NCBI RefSeq assembly: GCF_006345805.1
Contig: NW_021824283.1
Coordinates: 1 to 19,189 of the forward strand
Reading direction: 5' to 3'
Origin: Octopus sinensis
Lineage: Eukaryota
DNA length: 19,189 nucleotides
Notes under the pieces: generated by a model
Seen by the model: the letters and a program-made list of their open reading frames with translations, nothing else
What the model was told of the DNA's origin: nothing
The model's database searches: none
Program-made: the position numbers and the translations under genes
Shown: one piece after another, positions 9,682 through 18,859 of the stretch
How the letters are laid out: each line of letters starts with the position of its first letter
Position numbering within the stretch: the first letter of the stretch is position 1

Positions 9682-9766
9682 CTTTCACCTTTTTGATTGC
9701 ATCTTCTGGCCACTGATATATTTGCAAATAATTTTGAATTGATATATACGATATATCCTGCGTAAT

Positions 9767-9891
9767 CTGTAGAAACTCTGCCAGATCAAGATTGAAGCCT
9801 GGTGCAGCCATCTGGTTCGCCAGCCCTCAGGCATTCATCCAACCCATGCTAGCATGGAAAGCGGACGTTAAACGATGATGATGATGATGAT
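9767..9891 (+). mobile_element. Family B (RTE) extreme 3' end
   Basis: Matches 6288-6414, with a (GAT)n tail. Confidence 0.9.
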
Positions 9892-10577
9892 TTGTCATTT
9901 ATTTTTCACTCATATCCAGTTTTTTGCTGTGGCTCATTTAACTGGTTTCTTCTTATAAACACTGCACATGATGTTTGAATTCGGAATTTGAATTGTTTAG
10001 ATAGAGGTTGACACATTACTCTTGCCTATCAGAACACATGTTGAGCCCCAAGGTATGTTTTTTTGTGCTAAAATCTATGTACAGGAATGGATCCACTTTT
10101 GGTTCCTAACTTCGAAATTGCAATAGAGGACTAACCTTATATTTTTATTAAAATTGTGAATTCTTATGACCTGTTGCTTGCCGACAGCTTTTATAGTTGA
10201 GGAGATTAAATATGAGTGATTATAGTAGCTTTATAGTGGTTGACTGCTATTTCTAGACATGTAAGGGTTTTTATACCCCTCTCTCTTATAATTGTGATTT
10301 ATTCACAATTATATGATCTTCTTTGATAAAATAAAATTTTGATTGCATGTCCTGGCTACTGATATATTCGTTAATAATTTTGAATTGTTTACGATATATC
10401 CTGTGTAATGTATTTTTACAGTCACTCCTCTTCTTTTATATAAATATACATATAGTAAAAAACGGGAGGAAGAAATTTCGATTTTTCCCACGCAGTGAAT
10501 TGTAATACAAAAAATATATATATGAAGAGCATAGGCTAAAAACTTCTTAAGAAAATATGAAATCACAATAATTTCAG

Positions 10578-10610
10578 TGTCATGATTAGCAAAAGTGAAA
10601 CCGGTCAACA
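10578..10610 (+). ncRNA. Degenerate minimal hammerhead motif
   Basis: TGTC ATGATTA GC-AAAA-GT GAAAC CG GTC AACA. The GAAACCGGTC half is intact with a palindromic helix III; the CUGANGA box has 2 substitutions. Confidence 0.4.
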
Positions 10611-10775
10611 AGCACAATACTCAATATATCAAAACTATGTAAACTGTATGCATTTTCGTCCTTTTATTTTATATATACACACACACATACACATACACAC
10701 ACACACACACTATGTATGTATATATAGTATTCTGTTGAAGCTGAAACACTTCAGAAACTGTTGTTCTGGGTTTCA

Positions 10776-10888
10776 TGTAACCAGTCATTAAACATTCTTG
10801 ATTATTTAGAATAATACAATGGTTTATAAGTATTCATAATTATTAACCTAACCACTGAATTTTTCACTTAAAACATTCTGTATATACC
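10776..10888 (+). repeat. 113-bp repeat, inverted partner of 7098-7210
   Basis: See 7098-7210; ends in (TA)n. Confidence 0.93.
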
Positions 10889-11082
10889 TATATATATATA
10901 ATCAATAATAACAAAGGGTAAAATTAATTAATTAACTAGTAATCAATAATTTCACCAAGTAGAATTCGGCATGAAAAAGGACCATTTCATGGTGAGGAAA
11001 TAGCTAAGGTTCTTTTGGCTGCTATTTCTAAACTTCGGTATGTGGTAAAGCAAATCTTTGCTGAACCCTATTATAAAGTATT

Positions 11083-11465
11083 CTCTCTTTTACTCTCTTT
11101 TACTTGTTTCAGTCATTTGACTGCGGCCATGCTGGAGCACCACCTTTTAGTCAAGCAAATCGACCCCGGGACTTATTCTTTGTAAGCCCAGTACTTATTC
11201 TATCGGTCTCTCTTGCCGAACCGCTAAGTGACAGGGACGTAAACACACCAGGGGGACACACACATACACACACACATATATATATATATATACATATATA
11301 CGACAGGCTTCTTTCAGTTTCCGTCTACCAAATCCACTCACAAGGCATTGGTCGGCCCGGGGCTATAGTCAGAAGACACTTGCCCAAGTGCCACGCAGTG
11401 GGACTGAACCCGGAACCATGTGGTTGGTTAGCAAGCTACTTACACCACACAGCCACTCCTGCGCC
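11083..11465 (-). mobile_element. SINE family A, full length with a small internal deletion
   Basis: Family A sequence ending CCACTCCTGCGCC on the + strand. Confidence 0.93.
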
Positions 11466-11469
11466 TATA

Positions 11470-11551
<82 letters not shown>

Positions 11552-11912
11552 GTGTGTGTGTGTGTGTGTGTGTATATATGTGTGTGGGTGTGTGTGTGTG
11601 TATATATGTGTGTGTGTGTGTATAATGTGTGTGTGTGTGTGTATATATATGTGTGTGTGTGTTTGTGTGTATATATGTGTGGTGTGTGTTGTGTAATATA
11701 TGTGTTGTGTGTGTGTGTGTATATATGTGTGTGTGTGTGTTGTGTTATATATTGTTGTGTGTGTGTGTGTGTATAATATGTGTGTGTGTATATATATATG
11801 TGTGTGTGTGTGTGTATATATATATATGTGTGTGTGTGTGTATATATATATATATGTGTGTGTGTGTGTATATATATATATATGTGTGTGTGTGTATGTA
11901 TGTATACACATA
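11466..11912. repeat. Compound (TA)n/(TG)n microsatellite
   Basis: Direct reading. Confidence 0.97.
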
Positions 11913-12103
11913 TGTTACAAAACAGGAAGCTGGAGAAATTTTTGGTAAATTATTCAACTTCCTGTTTTGTTATTTAATAACTTGGCAAACAATATTTGCA
12001 GAATTTCCAATTCCATTACAACCCTAAGTACACAGTGGATTGTAATACAAGAAGAAGCAGACAGGTTCCAAGAGCATGCAGTCTTATATTTTACCCTTCC
12101 TAC

Positions 12104-12147
<44 letters not shown>

Positions 12148-12150
<3 letters not shown>

Positions 12151-12562
12151 TCTTTACTCTCTTTTACTCTTTTACTTGTTTCAGTCATTTGACTGTGGCC
12201 ATGCTGGAGCAGCACCTTTAGTCGAGCAAATCAACCCCAGGACTTATTCTTTGTAAGCCCAGTACTTATTCTATCGGTCTCTTTTGCCGAACCGCTAAGT
12301 GACGGGGACGTAAACACACCAGCATCGGTTGTCAAGCAATACTAGAGGGACAAACACAGACACACAAACATATACACACACATACATATATATATATATA
12401 CATATATACATATATACAACAGGCTACCAAATCCACTCACAAGGCTTTGGTCGGACCGAGGCTTTAGTAGAAGACACTCGCCCAAGGTGCCACACAGTGG
12501 GAATGAACCCAGAACCATTTGGTTTGTAAGCAGGCTACTTACAACACAACCACTCCTTCCCC
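12148..12562 (-). mobile_element. SINE family A, full length
   Basis: Family A sequence flanked by CA/TA microsatellites. Confidence 0.92.
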
Positions 12563-12605
12563 TTTCCGATATATACATACATATACATACATACATACAC
12601 CATAC

Positions 12606-12640
<35 letters not shown>

Positions 12641-12685
12641 CGCACACACACACACAAACACACACACACACACACGCATTAATAT

Positions 12686-13030
12686 TTACATATGGTGGAG
12701 TCTCTGGTCCTGAACGACAAGTGAGGGTTCAGTAAAACAAAGCAGTAATGATATTCTATGTACATGAATGTGTCTCTTGAGGCCTGCTGGTGCCTTGAAA
12801 ACATTTTGGCAAAGGGAACAAGTTGAGGACTGAGTTTGCTTGAGTGCTTGTGGATCATTTACTACGTGTTTTCTTGAGTGAACAGCAAGGCCTGCTTTGC
12901 CTTGTGCCACAAAACCACAATGACATGTAAAGTTTTCAGTTCGAGAAGCAGCATTTTACCAGTGTGTCCTCATGCTTTTCATGAAGTTTGTTCTGATGTT
13001 GGAGTTTGACTTTTCTCAAATCTTTGAGCT
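12686..13030 (-). pseudogene. Decayed coding remnant with two C2H2-like zinc fingers, probably the C-terminus of an RTE-type LINE ORF2
   Basis: Open frame 12955->12686 reads ...ENFTCHCGFVAQGKAGLAVHSRKH-VVNDPQALKQTQSST-CSLCQNVFKAPAGLKRHIHVH. There is no TGEKP linker, an in-frame stop lies at 12956-12958, and an upstream 'RFEK' sits in another frame. Confidence 0.6.
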
Positions 13031-13440
13031 GAGGGGAAACAGGACTGGCACCAGACCCTGCATTTTGATGCTGTAGTGTGACGGAGGAAAAGGGCAACAG
13101 AAAAAGAAGCAAACGGGAGCAAGAAATACAAAAGGCCTTACCTGTTGACCTCGGCGGAATGAGTGGTCACTCTCACAAAATAGACACATCTTTCGTCGCT
13201 GCCATCCCTGCTTGAACTCATCACATGTGCTTCCTGCCCACGCATGCCCTCTGCCTGTCTCACCGGCCCCTGTAAGCCTTACTTCCGTCCACCTCATCTG
13301 CAATCCCCTCCACCAACACCACATAACACCATCACAGCCCATAACACTACTAACACCACAGATGCTTTGTTTTTCCAGGAAGAAAAGGGAATGTTGTGCA
13401 CACGCGCGTGTGTATCGGCCACATTGCCTGACAGAGGCAC

Positions 13441-13826
13441 TGTGGTTGATGCCAGTGCTGCGTAACTTGCATCCATGCTGGTGGTATGTAAAAGACACCA
13501 TTTGAGCATTGGGCCTCACAGAGGCAATGACAAATGACCGAGGCCCTTGGCAATATGCATTGCTAAAGAAGAAGACGTATCAAGCCAATTGAAATCATAG
13601 TTGTGGCAGATACAGATGTCATGCAACTGGCACTTGTACCAGTGGCATGTAAAAAGCACCCATTACACTCTTGGAGTGGTTGGCATTAGGAAGGGCACCT
13701 ACTGGTAGAAACCATGCCAAGTCAGACTGGAGTCTGGTGCAGTACCTCGGCTTGCCAGCCCTGTTCAAACTGTCCAACCCATGCCAGCATGGACTATGGG
13801 CATTAACTGATGTTGATGACGATGAT
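13441..13826 (+). mobile_element. Family B (RTE) 3' end, older short-UTR variant
   Basis: TTGGGCCTCACAGAGGCAATGACAAATGACCGAG (LGLTEAMTNDR)...AAAAGCACCC...CCAACCCATGCCAGCATGG...(GAT)n. Confidence 0.85.
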
Positions 13827-13865
13827 ATATATATATATAGACAAACCACAAGAAGCCAGTTATAT

Positions 13866-13897
<32 letters not shown>

Positions 13898-13911
13898 ATA
13901 TATATATATAT

Positions 13912-14532
13912 ATGCGTACCTTTTCCTTCTTGGATACAAACTCTGCTTGCGAAGATCTGTTGAGGCAAGTGAAATCAAAATCAAAGTGAAATTCGATGAC
14001 TGGCACCTGTGCTAGTGGGGTGCAAAGAGCACCATATGAGTGTGATCGTTGACAGAGCGGCTAACCAGCTTCTGTGTCAGTGGCACATAAAAGGCACCAT
14101 TCAAGTGTGATCATTACCAGCATCGCCTTACTGGCACTTGTGCCCCGTGCTAGTAGAATGCCAAGAGCACCAACCGAGCGTGATCGTTGCCAGAGCGGCT
14201 AACTGGCTTCCATGCCAGTGGCATGTAAAAAGCACCATTCGAGTTTGATCGTTACCTGCATCGCCTTACTGGCACCTCTGCCGGTGGCATGTGAAAAAAG
14301 ATTCAAGCGAGGTCATTGCCAATACCGCCTGACTGGCCCATGTGCCGGTGGCATGTAAAAGTACCCACTACATGCTTGGAGTAGTTGGCATTAGAAGGGC
14401 ATCCAGCTGTAGAAAGTCTGCTAGACCAAGATTGGAGCCTGGTGCAGCCATCTGGTTTGCCAGCCTTCAGTCAAACAGTCCAACACATGCTAGCATGGAA
14501 AGCGGACATTAAACGATGATGATGATGATGAT
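13912..14532 (+). mobile_element. Family B (RTE) 3'UTR
   Basis: Collinear with ~5535-6414, has fewer and more diverged internal repeat units, and ends in (GAT)n. Confidence 0.9.
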
Positions 14533-14566
14533 ATATATATATATATGTATATATATATTTATATAA

Positions 14567-14726
14567 CTGGCTTCTTTCAGTTTCTGTCTACCAAATCCAC
14601 TCATAAGGCTTTGGTCAACCTGAAGTGTTAATTGAAGACACTTGCTCAAGGTTCCATGCAGTGGGATTGAACCTGGAACCACGTGGTCGTGAAGCAGTCT
14701 TCTTTCCACACAGCCATGCCTGTACC
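14567..14726 (-). mobile_element. SINE family A, 5' half
   Basis: GGCTTCTTTCAGTTTC...CCACACAGCCA on the + strand. Confidence 0.85.
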
Positions 14727-15094
14727 TATACATAAATATAAATATATCCTTTGATTTTATCACTGAACAGTTGGAATAATTTCTCTGCCTCTCAGTGCCT
14801 ACTTTTTCTTTCTTTGTGTGTATGTGTTTGTGTATCAAATAGTAATTTCGTTTCTCCCTCTCCTTCCTTCCTTCCGTCCTTCCTCTGCCCACTCTCTTTC
14901 CATCCATTTATCTATCCAGCAGAAAACCATTTCCTGTTAATCACTTCTACATTATTGTTATTATTAAATATCTCTGTGTCTCGCTCACTCAAACAGCAGG
15001 CTTTATTTATTTCTTGACAATTCTTGCATCAACAAAATTGAATTACATGTTCAACATATAAGGTCGTCACTAGCTCACTAATTCTATGCTTTAA

Positions 15095-15187
15095 GCATAG
15101 TTGCGTGGTTAAGCAGCTCATTTTGCAACCATGTGATTTAGGGTTCAGTCCCACTGCACAACACCTTGTGTCTTCTATTATAGCCTT
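15095..15187 (+). mobile_element. SINE family A-like head fragment
   Basis: GGGTTCAGTCCCACTGC...GTGTCTTCTATTATAGCC. Confidence 0.7.
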
Positions 15188-15236
15188 ATCTATAATAGCC
15201 TTGCCTATAGCCTATAGCCCTGTCTATAGCACTTTA

Positions 15237-15336
15237 TCATCATCATCATCATCATCATCATCATTCAGCGTCCGTTCTCCATGCTAGCATGGGTTGGACG
15301 GTTCAACTGGGGTCTGTGAAGCTGGAAGGCTTCATC
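15237..15336 (-). mobile_element. Family B-like 3' tail
   Basis: (ATC)n followed by CGTCCG...CCATGCTAGCATGGGTTGGACG. Confidence 0.8.
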
Positions 15337-15371
15337 ATTATGTCTTCTATTATACGTCCCCATGACTTAGC

Positions 15372-15645
15372 AGTTATGGGGACATAGACACACCAGCATT
15401 GGTTGTCAAGTGATGTTGGCGGAACAAACACAGACTCAGAAACACACACACACACACAACACACACACACACATACATATGACAGGCTTCTTTCAGTTTC
15501 CGTCTACAAAATCCATTTACAAAGCTTTGGTCAGCCCGAAACTTTAGAAAAAGACACTTGCTCAAAGTGCCACACTGTAGGACTGAACCTGGAACCATGT
15601 GGTTGGGAAGCAAGCTACTTACCACACAGCCACTTTTGCTCCTGT
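15372..15645 (-). mobile_element. SINE family A, 3'-truncated
   Basis: Family A sequence; the truncation point is a fold-back, GTCCCCATGACT-TAGC-AGTTATGGGGAC. Confidence 0.88.
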
Positions 15646-15702
15646 AATAGTTGCATTTTCTCTTTCTTTTTCTCCAACAGAATTTATCTAAGATAAAATA
15701 AT

Positions 15703-16006
15703 TGGCTGTGTGGTAAGTAGCTTGCTTACCAACCACATGGTTCCGGGTTAATTCCCACTGCATGGCACCTTGGGCAAGTGTCTTCTACTATAGCCTCGGC
15801 CCGACCAAAGCCTTATGAGTGGATTTGGTAGACAGAAACTGAAAGAAGCCCGTCATATATATATATCATCATCATCATCGTTTGACATCCGCTTTCCATG
15901 CTAGCATGGGTTGGACGATTTTGACTGAGGGCTGGCAAACCAGATGGCTGCACCAGGCTCCAATCTTGATCTGGCAGAGTTTCTACGGCTGGATGCCCTT
16001 CCTATC

Positions 16007-16063
<57 letters not shown>

Positions 16064-16264
16064 GTGTGTCTGTGTTTGTCCCCCCAACATTGCTTGACAA
16101 CCGATGCTGGTGTGTTTACGTCCCCGTAACTTAGCGGTTTGGCAAAAGAGACCGACAGAATAAGTACTAGGCTTACAAAGAATAAGTACCAGGGTCGATT
16201 TGCTCGACTAAATGCAGTGCTCTAGCATGGCCACAGTCAAATGACTGAAACAGGTAAAAGAGTA
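15703..16264 (+). mobile_element. SINE family A with a nested family B tail
   Basis: 5' half at 15703-15855; the 3' half resumes after the (TA)n at ~16055. Confidence 0.9.
15865..16010 (-). mobile_element. Family B 3' end inserted in the SINE's internal (TA)n
   Basis: (ATC)n GTTTGACATCCGCTTTCCATGCTAGCATGGG...GGATGCCCTTCCTA, with TA repeats on both sides. Confidence 0.9.
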
Positions 16265-16489
16265 TATATTTTTAAGTTGGTAAGATGCGATACGAGTGGA
16301 ATATGGTTGCTACTTCTAGCAGATCAAGTAAGTGCAGACTGGCTTCTCTGTTCGTTAAAGCTGTTTACTGGCAAAGATTCTTATCAATCAAGTTCTGTGC
16401 TATCGTTTACTTCTATGGTTTCATAGTAACACTTAATCATTCTAAATATCCAACAACATATTGTTTATCTGTGTGTGTGCGCATTAGGG

Positions 16490-16668
16490 TGTATGTATAT
16501 GTGTATGTATGTATGTATGTATATGTGTATGTATGTATGTATGTATGTGTGTGTTTTAATGTATGTATGCTTATCTATGTAGGTGTGTACCTATATGATG
16601 TATAATTGTATGCGTGTATGTATACATCGTATGTATGGATGTACGTGAGTGTGTCTAATGTGTATAAG

Positions 16669-16711
<43 letters not shown>

Positions 16712-17030
16712 GTATTATATATATGTATATATATGTGTATAGTATATCTATATGTGTAATATATATGTATATATATATGTATATATATAATATGTATATA
16801 TATGTGCTATATATATATATGATTATATATATGTCTATTATATATATATGTATATAATATAGGTGTTATATATATATATGTATATATATGTGTATATATA
16901 ATGTGTATATATATGTATGTATATATGCTATATATAATTTATATATATATTATATATATATATATATATACACACCACACACACACATACACACATTTAC
17001 ACAACATACACCGCACAACATACACACTTG
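16490..17030. repeat. Compound (TATG)n/(TA)n/(CA)n microsatellite
   Basis: Direct reading. Confidence 0.95.
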
Positions 17031-17197
17031 TACAACATGAATATGTATTTGTTTTACAAGATACTTGATGCAACATTCTGTGTTGAAACAGATATTGTTA
17101 CAAGTGGGGATGGCCATATTTTTTCAATTAAACACTTGCACTAGCGTGTGTGTGCTTAATTGGCGAAACATGACCATCCCCAAGTATAACAGTATAT

Positions 17198-17407
17198 ATC
17201 ATCATCATCATCATCATCATCATTATTTAGCATATGTTGTTCATGCTGGCATGGGTTGGATGGTAAGTAGCTTGCTTCCCAACCACTTGGTTCTGGGTTC
17301 AGTCCCACTGCATGGCACCTTGGACAAGTGTCCTCTATTATAGCTTTAGGCTGACTAAAGCCTTGTTAGTGGATTTGGTAGACGGAAACTGAAAGAAGCC
17401 CGTCGTA
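17198..17407. mobile_element. Family B tail fragment (-, 17198-17260) abutting a SINE A 5' half (+, 17261-17407)
   Basis: (ATC)n..CATGCTGGCATGGGTTGGA, then TGGTAAGTAGCTTGC...GAAAGAAGCCCGTCG. Confidence 0.82.
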
Positions 17408-17579
17408 ACTGATGGAATGCCACGATAAAATGATGATTTAGTGACTGGACAATTTAGTGTCTATTTTTAGCATATAGGCATGGTCTTCTCTGTGTCATTA
17501 ATCACAGTTGTATCTTATACTATTACAAATTTCTGTGTATCAATTTTACCTAAATAGGTAAATTATATGCTGGCCACTC

Positions 17580-17991
17580 TCTCTCTCTTTTAATCTTTTA
17601 CTTGTTTCAGTGATTTGACAGTGGCCATGCTGGAGCACCGCCTTTAGTCGAGCAAATCGACCCCAGGACTTATTCTTTGTAAGCCTAGTATTTATTCTAT
17701 CGGTCTCTTTTGCTGAACCGCTAAGTTACAGGGACGTAAACACACCAGCATCGGTTGTCAATCAATGTTGGGGGAACAAACACAGACAAACAAACATATA
17801 CACACACATATATATATATACATATATACGACGGGCTTCTTTCAGTTTCCGTCTACCAAATCCACTCACAAGGCTTTGGTCGGCTCGAGGCTATAGTAGA
17901 AGACACTTGCCCAAGGTGCCACACAGTGGGACTGAATCCGGAACCATGTGGTTGGTTAGCAAGCTGCTTACCACACAGCCACTCCAACGCC
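17580..17991 (-). mobile_element. SINE family A, full length
   Basis: Family A sequence. Confidence 0.93.
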
Positions 17992-18042
17992 ACTGATAAA
18001 ATTTTTAATGATTTTATCCTTTAATTATATATATATATATTT

Positions 18043-18491
18043 ATAGAATGGTTGTATACTGTCAATCTAACACGAACGTGACAGTAGGAGTGTACACCAC
18101 CGCTGTTTAGCCCTAGGAAGCATCGACGCCTCCTGATGGCTTTGACACATTTCTCCTGTGTCCTTATATACATTTACGAAGGGGAGACAAATACCCCCAG
18201 CCGCCAGGGCTGCATCTAGGGACATGTGTTTCAGGATGATTGTCCTTCGTCGGCCTAGACTAGCAGACACTGGTCAGCTGATGATATTTGCCTCGACTTC
18301 ATAATGTATATATCTAAATTTCAGTGAAGTCTATTCACTGATTATCATAATCAGAAATACTAAATTTCTAAATCTTTCATAGAGACATGTACGGTGGTGG
18401 GGCGTTCGTATTAGATTGACAGTATACAACCATTCTATTGCCCCACCACCGTACATGTCTCTATGAGAGATTTAGAAATTTAGTATTTCTG

Positions 18492-18493
<2 letters not shown>
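18043..18493 (-). mobile_element. Candidate retrozyme or Penelope-dependent non-autonomous element: one 361-bp monomer plus a 90-bp inverted junction fragment, inserted in (TA)n
   Basis: 18440-18493 is the reverse complement of 18350-18403, and 18403-18438 is the reverse complement of 18043-18078 (1 mismatch each). The monomer contains a hammerhead motif and is non-coding. Confidence 0.72.
18215..18259 (-). ncRNA. Type I minimal hammerhead ribozyme
   Basis: Minus strand: TCTAGG CCGACGA AGGA-CAATCA-TCCT GAA AC-ACAT-GT C CCTAGA. Helix I is 6 bp, helix II 4 bp, helix III 2 bp with a tetraloop, and the cleavage site is GUC. The only deviation in the conserved boxes is U4C. Confidence 0.8.
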
Positions 18494-18524
<31 letters not shown>

Positions 18525-18564
18525 ATATATATATATATAATATATATATATATATTATATATGT

Positions 18565-18752
18565 TCTTTTATTCTTTTATTTGTTTCAATCATTTGACTG
18601 TGGTCATGCTGGAGCACTGCTTTTACAAAGAATAAGTCCTGGGGGTGATTTGTTCGAATAAAGCCCTTTAAGGTGGTGCTCCAGCATGGCTGCAGTCAAA
18701 TGACTGAAACAAGTAAAGGAATTAAAGAATAAAAAATACAAGAATAAAAGAA
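18565..18752. mobile_element. Two SINE family A 3' ends joined in inverted orientation
   Basis: TTGTTTCAATCATTTGACTGTGGTCATGCTGGAGCAC ... GTGCTCCAGCATGGCTGCAGTCAAATGACTGAAACAA, with tails pointing outward. Confidence 0.85.
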
Positions 18753-18859
18753 TTGCACAATCGTTTCAAGGTAGAACACAACTTTGTTTTGTGACACAGA
18801 TTCAAATTCTTGAGTTCATATTTACTGCAGAGCTGTTTGTAGTTCAGCAGTAAATTTAA

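Noticed and set aside
11104-11625. Recurring peptides FDCGHAGAPP and EDTCPRCHAVGLNPEPCGW as a gene family
   Set aside because: They are translations of SINE A copies in inconsistent frames.
13016-13519. 167-aa minus ORF and overlapping ORFs
   Set aside because: They span a family B fragment and low-complexity CA-rich sequence; no motif.
17063-17105. Hammerhead-like TTGATGC AACA-TTCTG-TGTT GAAAC
   Set aside because: Two core mismatches and no pairable helix I.
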